NCBI GenBank assembly: GCA_051382335.1
Contig: JBBCAX010000069.1
Span: 1 to 25,492 of the forward strand
Reading direction: 5' to 3'
Source of the DNA: Deltaproteobacteria bacterium TL4
GTDB taxonomy: Bacteria > SAR324 > NAC60-12
Length of the DNA: 25,492 bases
Both the position numbers and the translations under genes were made by a program. The notes beneath the pieces are model-generated. The model saw nothing but the letters and a program-made list of their open reading frames with translations. It searched no databases and had not been told where the DNA came from. Below, one piece after another: positions 7,242-16,425 of the stretch; within the stretch, counting starts at the first letter, position 1; each line of letters opens with the position of its first letter.

Positions 7242-7904
7242 TTAATCGCAAGCACGAGGCCAGCTTTGCTGTGTATTGGGTGGTTTGGTCTTTGTAGGTT
7301 TCTATCAACTCATTGTTTTTGACAAAGAGACTGGAGGTTGTTGAATCGGGCCAGTCGATAGTGAAATCACTGTAGGTTCCAAAAGCATTCGGACGGGTAC
7401 GAATTCCTGAATCAAGGGTGCAGAAAATAACTGTGTTGTCTGGACGGAAATCATAATACCATGAGGCGTTATCTTCTGTAGAGGACGCACCCCAAGTATT
7501 GTGAAAATATTCGTCTCACATGCTGAAGGCCAGTCCTCTGCGATTGAATAGACGGTGGTTATCTGATTATAATCTTCTACCATTTTTCGGTCTGAAAGTC
7601 CCAGCGTGGAAATATGAGTCTCGTCCCAACTGATTTGGTTTGTGGAAAGTGTTCCTTTCGCTTGGGTGACAGGAAGGTTTGATTCCAATTTACAATGGTA
7701 AATCACAGCCTCCGATAGGATTTTATAAGCCCAAGTCGTGTCATTTGCAGTGGCAACCCAAGTTCCTGTGTAACGGATCGATTGGCAAGGAATCGGCCAG
7801 GTTCCTTGGGAATATACGGTGTTTTTTCCTTCGTAGCTTTCCATCATTTTCCCCTCGACTAAACTCAACTCTGACGTTTTTCCTGTATTCCATAATCGCT
7901 GTCC
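7242..7904 (-). pseudogene. 5'-truncated, twice-frameshifted protein with tandem ~90-aa Cys-containing beta repeats
   Basis: Repeat ends TVYSQGTWPIPC, TTVYSIAEDWPSAC and TTQYTA-SWPRACD* are recovered by frame changes near 7516 and 7265. Confidence 0.65.
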
Positions 7905-8336
7905 CTAGAAGGGATAGACCGATTGATAATAATCCAAACCGATATTCCATTGATAGGGCCGATAATAATTGGCTCCAAGCATCAGAACGGTTCCGCCATT
8001 AGTCGCGTCATGAGTTGATTCAATATAATGAATTCCAGTTCTGAGCTTCCAGGATACAAGGCTGTAATTGGTATAAACCGCGGTATAGTCCAATTGTTTT
8101 AAATGGGGCGGAGTTTGATTTTGAATCCTTATATAATCCAAGGCCCCTTCAAAACTATGCTGCAATCCATACCCGACATAAAGATAAACCCCTGTTGCTT
8201 GCGCTGATTCTTTCGAAGCTGAGTTTTCATAACTCAACGCTGTGCCATAAACGGAAGTGCCCCTACTCACAGTTTCCTGGGCCACTCCTGTGAATGCGAG
8301 GCTGAGCAATAAGAGACTAAGGAGAAACTGTTTCAT
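7905..8336 (-). pseudogene. N-terminal part of a secreted outer-membrane beta-barrel protein, probably truncated
   Basis: Signal peptide MKQFLLSLLLLSLAFTGVAQ and Tyr-rich alternating strands. It ends after 143 aa at a TAG, followed by unrelated repeat-protein sequence. Confidence 0.6.
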
Positions 8337-8640
8337 AGCGAACCTTAACTAACTCCATGGTTCCCGCTTTGAATGTTTTGAAACTGAAAAACTCCCCGAT
8401 TTCAACGTGAGTCGGGATGTTTAGATTCCAAAACCGGGAAGTAATCGTACCCTCTATGGTGCGTTGATTGACAAAATGGTGCTGAGTGTGCACTTTGCTC
8501 AATTCGTGATGAAAAGAACTTAAAAAAAGAATGAAAGCCCGTGTGACAGGACCAAAAACGACGTCTACCGTCAGGTAATCGTTCCAGCTTAAATTTTTTT
8601 TATAAACAAGGGGCAATTGAGGCAAGGCCATCAGCATCAC
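8317..8640 (-). pseudogene. Probable C-terminal fragment of a larger gene joined to the ATP-grasp truncation point
   Basis: An open 107-codon frame that starts exactly at the ATP-grasp break with no RBS and overlaps the next start. Not ATP-grasp-like; identity uncertain. Confidence 0.4.
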
Positions 8641-9436
8641 TCTAACTCAAACGCGGATTTCCATTTGAATTCCTTTAGAAAATTATTTGCGGCATTCAGC
8701 ATTTTTTCGTTTTTGACGGTGACTCCCGTCCAGATTTTCCCCAAGGAGGTAATCCCCATTTTTTTGATTCCCACGCACCCCAGCGATTGTCCTTCTCCAT
8801 CACCAACACCCACGACGTTCATCTCAACACCGGAAACCACCTCCTGAACGATGATAGGATAACCCCATTCGGCTGTGATCTGGTGCAAATGTTCTACCGC
8901 CTCCTGGGTTGTCTCACAGCGGTAGGCTTTATAGAAAATGCCCTTGACCATTACAGGAAGCCCAATCTCATCAATGGCTTTTATCAACTCATCATAAGAG
9001 GATACCACTCGGGTCTTGGGGAGCTGAATATTAATTTTATCAGCAATCGTGTTCAATTGATCTTTGCCCCTCAAACGAAACTGCTCCGATGAAGGTAAAA
9101 AGGTTTTAATATCGTGACTTTCAATTTCATCCTGATATTTCATATAAGCGGGAAGTTCCGTGTCCAAGGTTGGGAGCACAAAATCCAAACCATAAGATTT
9201 TTTAATGTACAAAAGCCTCTCAATAAAAGCGTCAGGGCTACTGGAAGGATAAGGCATGATGTAGGTTTATCCATCAGCCAGTCCATGTAATAGCCCGGTT
9301 CCATGGCGTCATATCCCAAACCGACTATCTTGATGTTTAGCTCCGGATCTTCTTTCAAGCTGCGGGCTACACCAACCCCTGGACCCGGATTATCCACAGC
9401 GTTTATTCCTGAAACTCCAACAATTATTTCATCCAT
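8637..9436 (-). pseudogene. ATP-grasp ligase (CarB-like), frameshifted and C-terminally truncated
   Basis: GINAVDNPGPGVGVARSL...LPTLDTEL...PVMVKG...IIVQEVVSG.E.NV...FELE. One extra A in the 9266-9268 run joins the two ORFs (DKTYIMPYP). It stops before the expected EINPR motif. RBS AAGGA upstream. Confidence 0.85.
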
Positions 9437-9542
9437 CAGGATCCTTTCTTATCTCCCATTGAGTGGCTTATCACTTCACTTCGTTTCTTGTAGTTCCGTA
9501 TCAGAAAGACTTCTATCAGAGATTTTTTCATTTAATAGTCAT

Positions 9543-9589
9543 TCTCTGTGTCTCTGCGTCTCTGTGGCAAATACCCCTGAACAGTTACG
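9543..9589 (-). repeat. Short CACAGAGA-type intergenic repeat element
   Basis: Minus strand reads CGTAACTGTTCAGG...CCACAGAGACGCAGAGACACAGAGAA. A related CGCAGAG/CACAGAG run is at 2236-2270. Confidence 0.5.
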
Positions 9590-9830
9590 TTAATAAAAGC
9601 CGATACGTTCGCAGCAGGTTGACAAAATCGGTGAGATCTTTTTCCGCTTGATCCGCGGTTACTTCGAATTGATCCGCGAATTGATCCGCGATTTCCGAAA
9701 GCGATTTACCCTCTTTCAAGCCTGTAATTCCGACAATACCTGTCTGATTGACCGTAAAACTTTCTCCAGTTGTAGGATCAAAGATGAAACCTTCGTTGTT
9801 GATCGCAAGATGTTGCAGTCGTTGAGACAT
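9585..9830 (-). CDS. PqqD-family (RRE-like) protein
   Basis: 81 aa: EGFIFDPTTGESFTVNQTG...SEIA..FA..FEV....AEKDL..FV..L. RBS AAGGAG upstream. Confidence 0.88.
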   Translation of the reverse strand: MSQRLQHLAINNEGFIFDPTTGESFTVNQTGIVGITGLKEGKSLSEIADQFADQFEVTADQAEKDLTDFVNLLRTYRLLLT

Positions 9831-10137
9831 GAGGACTCCTTTATAAAAATATTCTGCATAGAGCTGACTAAAAGGCTAATGAACTCTAATACTTACTTTC
9901 AAATGATTACTATTGTGTCAAGGTTTTTATGGGTGGGGTTCCAAGAGCATTCAATAATCCCTATGAAATTTTGTCAATCGATTCAGTTTCTTGTAGAACT
10001 GAGCAAAAAGAGCAGGAATCAGGACGCGTTAGAGAGCACGTTCGGAATTGTATCGGAGGAAACGCGAAAATGATAAGAACATCCTATAAGCAGGTTTCCT
10101 CGCGGGGTTTTATGTTTTAATGAATATGCCAGCTTTT

Positions 10138-10782
10138 CTAGAAATTCCATCCAATGTTGATATGAACATAGGGGAAAGTTGCGAAAGCGGACATTGAGTC
10201 TGCAAAATCGTCTTCTTCTTTCTGAATCTCTTCGTCGGGGATTACTGAATATACTCCTGCTGCTTCCATATCGACAGTAGGATTTCCTCCAGAAATAACG
10301 CCAAAGCCCAAGCCTCCGGAAAGACCAAAATCAGCGATCCAGTTCCATCCTAAGCCAACGTTAAATGCTGGAGAAGGAAAATCAACTTTCACAGCAAGCA
10401 CTCCCTCTTCCCCAGAATCTCCAATAAGACTGGTCCCACTAGCTTCCACAGTCCATGATCGGTTCACTACACCGCCTTGTAGAAAGAAAGAACCTTTGAA
10501 AGGAGAGACTCGTAACATCACTACCTGGGTACTGAAATCAAGAGTGGCTTCAACGGTACCTGCTGCGTCTGTACTCGATTGGGATATGCTGGTTGAGGTT
10601 GCTTCCAAACCAAGAAAAATAACATCGTTTATATGATATCCCGCATGTAATCCTGGACCCACTGTTGTCGCGGCCAACTGAATCTGAAGGGGGCTCTTAC
10701 CTTCAGCATAAGCTGAAGAAGACACAAGCATAATTCCAAATACTATCAATAACGCTTTATTCAAGATAGATGTAAATTTCAT
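10138..10782 (-). CDS. Outer-membrane beta-barrel protein
   Basis: Signal peptide ending AYA, Gly/aromatic strands, and C-terminal beta-signal FPYVHINIGWNF. Confidence 0.8.
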   Translation of the reverse strand: MKFTSILNKALLIVFGIMLVSSSAYAEGKSPLQIQLAATTVGPGLHAGYHINDVIFLGLEATSTSISQSSTDAAGTVEATLDFSTQVVMLRVSPFKGSFFLQGGVVNRSWTVEASGTSLIGDSGEEGVLAVKVDFPSPAFNVGLGWNWIADFGLSGGLGFGVISGGNPTVDMEAAGVYSVIPDEEIQKEEDDFADSMSAFATFPYVHINIGWNF

Positions 10783-11003
10783 AAGCCTCTATAATAAAAA
10801 ATTAATTTGAATATCTCAGGGAAATCATCCCCGACAGGCAAGAGCCAGCGTAATAACAGCCCCAGAATATACTCGCAATATAAATTATTTCAATAATATT
10901 CACTCGTCATGCAAGGCCCAAAGGTTTTATCTCAGCATTTTTTCCAGGCTGAGGGTCCCTTTTTCAGCGCTTCAAAGTTGAGGCTTAAATTTAAAAAAGT
11001 ATT

Positions 11004-12092
11004 TTATTTTAGCACGCTAGAGGAGCCGGAATTGTTTGCGACCTCTTGCAACCACGGAACAGAGCACAAGTTCGGATTTTGAGTCCATTGTTGAAACAAG
11101 GTCCTGAGGGTGGTCCATGAACGTAGAGCCGGTTGGTGTTCTAATAAACCATGAATCTCTTTTAAGGTTTTTGGGATCGCTTCCAGAAAGTAAAACTTCC
11201 CTTTTTCCAAAGATAAGTGTCCATAGGTCCCTAAAGAGCGCAGACGACGGATTAACACAAAATGATAGAAGTCCTCCATAAATTGTTCAGGATTCACGTT
11301 CATCCATTGAGCTAATTTTTGGAGATAAAACAAAATCAGTTCATGCCTTAACTCATCGTCCAAACCTGAGCGTGAAGCATAAAGCACCGCGGCCAAATCA
11401 TAATGCAGTGCCCCATGACATCCCGATTGGTAATCAATAAAATAAGGTTCGTTGTTTTTCCACATGATGTTTCGAGACTGGAAATCACGATAAACAAAAG
11501 CATTTCTTTGGACACTGGCAACTCGAACAATAAGTCGATCCAATTCCAGTTGTAAGGCGAGGGTGTGTGGGGTTTCCGGAGTTAGTCGATTCCAAAAATA
11601 AGTTTCAAAATAGTGGATGTCTTTGCTGAAAGCGTGGTGGTCCAATTGACGTTCTGTGGGACAAAAGGAATAATCCAAACCATGATTTCCGTCAATTTGA
11701 ATTTTTGGCAACCAAGCCAGGACTTTTTGATAAGCCGCAAGTATGGCTTTCCGATCCTCAGCCAAGGACAAATTCCAATGGTCTAACTGATCCGCCAAAG
11801 TTAAGTTGCCCAAATCTTCCAACAGGTAACACCCTTGTTCCAAATTTTGCGAGTAAATTGCGGGGACAGGGATGCCACATTGAGCAAAATGGCGTGATAA
11901 AAAAAGGAAGGCTTCATTTTCTGCTCGATCAGGGCTGGTGACACCTGCGCAAGATTGTCCCTCTCCGCCATAAAAGCGGAAAATTTTTCGGTCAGAACCA
12001 TCCCCCTTTAGAGACACAGGTTCGGAGACCGGAGGTGTTAAGTGTTGTTCTGCGAGTTGAGTTAATGCCAATAGATCAGACCTCTGAATCAT
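11004..12092 (-). CDS. APH-family phosphotransferase, AmgK-like (anomeric MurNAc/GlcNAc kinase-like)
   Basis: LKGDGSDRKIFR, LLEDLG, YRDFQSRNIM, IDYQ, YDLA. RBS GGAGAGG upstream. Confidence 0.85.
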   Translation of the reverse strand: MIQRSDLLALTQLAEQHLTPPVSEPVSLKGDGSDRKIFRFYGGEGQSCAGVTSPDRAENEAFLFLSRHFAQCGIPVPAIYSQNLEQGCYLLEDLGNLTLADQLDHWNLSLAEDRKAILAAYQKVLAWLPKIQIDGNHGLDYSFCPTERQLDHHAFSKDIHYFETYFWNRLTPETPHTLALQLELDRLIVRVASVQRNAFVYRDFQSRNIMWKNNEPYFIDYQSGCHGALHYDLAAVLYASRSGLDDELRHELILFYLQKLAQWMNVNPEQFMEDFYHFVLIRRLRSLGTYGHLSLEKGKFYFLEAIPKTLKEIHGLLEHQPALRSWTTLRTLFQQWTQNPNLCSVPWLQEVANNSGSSSVLK

Positions 12093-12358
12093 TTCCTCTC
12101 CCTAATTATTTTCATTATTCCAAGAGTCAAAAAGTTGGTTATTGAATTGCATTTCTTGCTCCGTGTATGCAATAAATAAGCATCACCTTTCTACCAGATA
12201 AAATCATGAGGTAAGTTTAAATGACTTCATCCGGGTCTGATCCCATTTTAGCCCATTTTGACATCAAATGTATCGTTTCCACGTAAAACGCTGGAACGAT
12301 TTGAGGGGACTGAAACAGGATTAAACCTCACTTTTCAACCTTCTGACATTCTAATCCA

Positions 12359-15172
12359 TTGCTCTTCAAATTCAATGCCTTTTTGCAAATATGTTTGAGT
12401 TTATCTATCCCTCTATTGATGTTTTCAACAACGTCAGGTGCGGCTCCTCAAGATGCGTCCTCTCTTCCTCATTACCAAATTGAGGTACAATTCCAACAGG
12501 AAAAGCAGCGTCTTGTAGGGGAAATTCGTGTGACCTTTGCCTCTGCGAACTATCCTGGAGACATGCTTCTCTTTGCCTTGCCCATGAACCGTTTTATGGC
12601 CCCAGATAAGAGAGGCGCACGGAAAGACCTGCAAACTCCCATTTTTGCGATTGATGTTCTGGAACACATTGTTGATGATCCGATGTATCCCTATGGATTC
12701 AACGGGGGGAACATTATCATTCAAGCCGTTAGAAATACGAAAAACCAACCTTTGAAATATTCCATAGGAGACAATCCTGCTCTTCCTTTAGGGTATTCGC
12801 CAAAGCGAGGACTTCTGAAAATTTTTCTCTCCAAACCTATTTTTAACAACACGATTGTGATCAAATTCAAAACGACATTCCCGAGGCGTTTTGAGGAAGG
12901 TTTGGTTCGCAATGATCTGGTGACCGTCCTGTGGCATCCTGTCTTGCTGCCATACAAAAAGGGGCAATGGGTAAAGGATCTTCTGGAACCAGCTCCGGGA
13001 ACGTATGAAGTCCAGTGGTCTGCGACCACAGACGGCACACTCATCACAACCTCGGATCATGTGCTCCAGGGAAAAGCCCATCAAAAATACACGCTTCCCG
13101 CCATCAATTATCCCGTTAAATATTTTCCACTGATCTTTTCCCCTAACTATGAATATTTTAACGACGCTTCTCACGCTGTGGAAAGTTATTATTATAAAAG
13201 TGGAAATGAGCGCCTTGCTTTAAAGATGCAACAATGGAGCCTAGAGTTTCTGCAATTTGTGAAAGAGCAATATGGCCTCGATTCTCCCTGGAAGACTGTC
13301 CGGATTGTGGCAATCCAGGGAAACCAGGAGCAAATCAATGTGGTGAATAACCTGGTCCTGGTCACAACCCCGCATTACAAACGAAGTGCTTTTCTGGATC
13401 GGCGGGTTTTGGGGTTTTTCATCCGGGGAATGGCTCAACTATGGTTTGGAGAACGTGTTTGGAATAATTTGGATACTCAATTATGGCTGAATATGGGGAT
13501 TCCTGCCTTCTTCAGTTTGAAGTTTTTTGACTATAAGTTTGGTCATGATGGACGAATTTTTGATTTTATGGATTGGCTCAATCCTCATTACAGAGAACAT
13601 TTTTTTGAAAGTATGGTCCGTGATATTCGGCCTGTGTCTGATCTTCCCATCATTACCTCTCTCAATGCGTTACATGAAGTCCGAATCTACTTAAAAGTGG
13701 TCACTTACAAAACGGGTTTAGTCTTGTCCATGTTAGAATATCTGATTGGGAAAGAGAATTTTAAACTGGGGTTAGCTCACTTTTTGGAAACATCTCAATA
13801 TCAGGTTGCGACGATAGAAACCCTTCAAAAGTCAATGGAACAATTTCACCCTGATTCTTTGCAATGGTTCATTGCTCAATGGTTTTACTCAACCAAACTT
13901 CTGGACTATGCGATAAAGGAGGTATCCTACCAAAGCTTGCCTGAGGATCTCTATGAAGTTCGGATCATTGTAAAAAAGAATGAAAAAGGGCAAATGCCCA
14001 TTCAAGTGGTACTGATTACTGATGATGGCACACAGCACAGAAAGATGGCAAGAGGCAACCAGGAGTATGAATTGCTGGAGTTTATCACACGCTCGCCCCC
14101 TGATGTCGTGTCTCTGGATCCTGACGAAGAGTTGCTTGAAACCTCACGCCAGAATAACCATACTTTTTATTTTTACAGGGTTCGTTTTGCTTTTGATTGG
14201 AAAAAGAACAGAGAAATTCTCGTCACACTTGTTCCTCAAGGATACAGTAATGCGATTGACGGTAATTTATTTGGAATTAAAGCGAGTCATCGATGGGATA
14301 ACTATACCATTGCGGTCACACCAGGCTATGGCACAAAAAGCGATCAGTTGGTCTACATCGCAACTATGGAGCGAAGAAACTTGATCCGCAACGGATTCAC
14401 TGTCAGTTTTGGTTTTTCACGTTTAGCCGGGATGGAATCGCGGGGAATTTCTTCTGGATATTCTTCTCCCTTACATCAGGAAGAATTATCGTATAATTTT
14501 ACCGCAAGTTTAGCACAGGAACGCGCCTTTGAAACTCGAAACACCAATAGTCAGGAAAATGGAATTTCAGAAACAGGCGATGTGAGTAATTTATCGTTGG
14601 AACATCAAGGCAGTGTCGGCTTTTATAATTTATATTTTCTCTCTTGGTCTCTGAGAATGGAACAACCCCAGACTGATTTTGGCTCAGATTTCAGTTACAC
14701 CCTGTGGATGTCTCGAATGGAACATATCCTAAAAATAGGCTTCCGACAACAAATTGAATGGGAATGGATTTACAACACAACTCAAGGCACAACCCCTTTA
14801 CAAAAGAAACATCAATTAGGGGATCCCAAAGTCCTGAGAGGTTATCCTCAACGGACATTACTTCGGGATGACACCGTTCTTGCTTCGCGCGTAGACTATC
14901 GTTTTCCTCTTGTTGCGTCATACTGGTGGGGCGATGTTACTTCTTTGGGTGTAAGGGGCAGCTTTTTTTATGATCAGGGAAAAGCCTGGTCTATTAATCA
15001 ATCACCCGGAGAGGTTCCCTTGAGGCAAAATGTGGGAATTGGCATAGAGTGGAACGTCAACGCGTTAACCTTGGTGGAAACACCCTTTAAAATTCAGGTG
15101 GCTTACCCCATCAATGACCCTGACTTTGACAAACCGCAGTTTATTCTGTTTGAGGCGTTGAGTTTTTTTTAA
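12359..15172 (+). CDS. M1 aminopeptidase-like domain (zinc ligands lost) fused to an Omp85-like C-terminal barrel
   Basis: M1 scaffold: AQLWFG, WLNMG, YKTGLVLSML, L.WF..QW, LDPD..L.E....NN. Barrel: LGDPKVLRGYP, FYDQG, GIGIE, C-terminal FF. The start is uncertain (TTG 12359 or a later ATG). Confidence 0.8.
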   Translation: MLFKFNAFLQICLSLSIPLLMFSTTSGAAPQDASSLPHYQIEVQFQQEKQRLVGEIRVTFASANYPGDMLLFALPMNRFMAPDKRGARKDLQTPIFAIDVLEHIVDDPMYPYGFNGGNIIIQAVRNTKNQPLKYSIGDNPALPLGYSPKRGLLKIFLSKPIFNNTIVIKFKTTFPRRFEEGLVRNDLVTVLWHPVLLPYKKGQWVKDLLEPAPGTYEVQWSATTDGTLITTSDHVLQGKAHQKYTLPAINYPVKYFPLIFSPNYEYFNDASHAVESYYYKSGNERLALKMQQWSLEFLQFVKEQYGLDSPWKTVRIVAIQGNQEQINVVNNLVLVTTPHYKRSAFLDRRVLGFFIRGMAQLWFGERVWNNLDTQLWLNMGIPAFFSLKFFDYKFGHDGRIFDFMDWLNPHYREHFFESMVRDIRPVSDLPIITSLNALHEVRIYLKVVTYKTGLVLSMLEYLIGKENFKLGLAHFLETSQYQVATIETLQKSMEQFHPDSLQWFIAQWFYSTKLLDYAIKEVSYQSLPEDLYEVRIIVKKNEKGQMPIQVVLITDDGTQHRKMARGNQEYELLEFITRSPPDVVSLDPDEELLETSRQNNHTFYFYRVRFAFDWKKNREILVTLVPQGYSNAIDGNLFGIKASHRWDNYTIAVTPGYGTKSDQLVYIATMERRNLIRNGFTVSFGFSRLAGMESRGISSGYSSPLHQEELSYNFTASLAQERAFETRNTNSQENGISETGDVSNLSLEHQGSVGFYNLYFLSWSLRMEQPQTDFGSDFSYTLWMSRMEHILKIGFRQQIEWEWIYNTTQGTTPLQKKHQLGDPKVLRGYPQRTLLRDDTVLASRVDYRFPLVASYWWGDVTSLGVRGSFFYDQGKAWSINQSPGEVPLRQNVGIGIEWNVNALTLVETPFKIQVAYPINDPDFDKPQFILFEALSFF

Positions 15173-15322
15173 TAAAAGACGGATTATGCTGTGGCATGAG
15201 AAACGTAATAGCTGGAACTTTGCCTCAAAAACTGGGAAAACGCCACAAAATGAAACATTCATGTTCGTGAAATTATTTTCGAAAGTTATGGATTGGTGTT
15301 TTTTAATTCAATAAGGAGGGGT

Positions 15323-16417
15323 ATGCAGTGCAGTCTGAGAGAATTGTGTGAAAAATTTGGAGTTTCTTTTTCTGGGAATGGTGATTTGATCATCAGCCAT
15401 GCGTGTGGACTGGATGATTTGCAACCTGGTGGCATAGCGTACATTACTTCTCCTAAAGGCTTAACGAGTGTGCCTCTTCCCGTAGGTGTGACGAGCAGCG
15501 CAACTGTTAGTTTGAAGGGGGCGTCGGATCAAGTCGCGATCATCGCACCCGTAGATGTTCAAAGTTCCGGACATAATTTGGTTTTTACGGAAGACCCTCT
15601 TTGGCTTCACGTTCGGGTCACAGAGTATTTTAATCCGCATCAAATTCCCTCAGAAGGCATTCATCCAAGTGTTGTTATGGGTGAGAATGTTCATCTGGGT
15701 GAAAATGTATTTTTGGGGGCAAATGTGGTCCTTTATGATGGTGTTCAAATCGGGAATGGTTCTGTGTTACATGCAGGCGTTGTGGTCATGAATCAAAGTG
15801 TGATTGGGGAGGAATGTCTTCTCTATCCTGGTGTCGTGATTCGAGAAGGGTGTGCCATTGGGAATCGGGTTGCAATTCATGCTAATGCGGTCATTGGTTC
15901 CGATGGGCATGGTTATTTCCAAAGAAAAGGCATTAATATAAAAATTCCTCAGGTAGGCAGTGTTCTGATTGAAGATGACGTGGAAATAGGCGCGTGTACC
16001 ACCATTGATCGGGCTCGATTTACTCAGACGGTTATCAGAAAAGGCAGTAAGCTCGATAACCAGGTCCAAATAGCACACAATGTAGAAATTGGAGAACAAG
16101 CGTTAATATCGGCACAAACCGCGATCGGCGGAAGTACAAAAACCGGGCATCACCTCATTATGGGAGGGCAGTCAGGAATCAGAGATCATGTTGAGGTTGG
16201 CAATCATGTAACCGCGGCGGCACGCGCAGTGATCACTTCCAAGGCAAAAGACAATGAGATTTTAGGCGGTATGCCTTCCCGTCCTCTAAATCAATGGCGC
16301 ACGATGCAAGCACAGCTTAACCGACTTGATGAGCTTTTTGATCGTGTTCGATACTTGGAAGAACAAACAGGCGTTAATCTGTGGCAAAATAATAAAAACG
16401 ATTCCAAAAAGGACTGA
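15323..16417 (+). CDS. lpxD: UDP-3-O-(3-hydroxyacyl)glucosamine N-acyltransferase
   Basis: Hexapeptide repeats, IGSDGHGY, KIPQVGSV.IEDDVEIGACTTIDR, KLDNQVQIAHNV. AAGGAGG precedes the ATG at 15323. Confidence 0.95.
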   Translation: MQCSLRELCEKFGVSFSGNGDLIISHACGLDDLQPGGIAYITSPKGLTSVPLPVGVTSSATVSLKGASDQVAIIAPVDVQSSGHNLVFTEDPLWLHVRVTEYFNPHQIPSEGIHPSVVMGENVHLGENVFLGANVVLYDGVQIGNGSVLHAGVVVMNQSVIGEECLLYPGVVIREGCAIGNRVAIHANAVIGSDGHGYFQRKGINIKIPQVGSVLIEDDVEIGACTTIDRARFTQTVIRKGSKLDNQVQIAHNVEIGEQALISAQTAIGGSTKTGHHLIMGGQSGIRDHVEVGNHVTAAARAVITSKAKDNEILGGMPSRPLNQWRTMQAQLNRLDELFDRVRYLEEQTGVNLWQNNKNDSKKD

Positions 16418-16425
16418 CCTCACAC

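Noticed and set aside
7905..7907. TAG readthrough joining the 7905-8336 and 7305-7868 ORFs (same frame)
   Set aside because: The downstream sequence starts in the middle of an unrelated repeat domain, so a deletion or misjoin explains it better. No pyrrolysine machinery is seen.
9585..9830. PQQ biosynthesis operon
   Set aside because: No pqqA/B/C/E in the window.
12275..12291. parS-like site CGTTTCCACGTAAAACG
   Set aside because: Several mismatches to the TGTTTCACGTGAAACA consensus, and a single copy.
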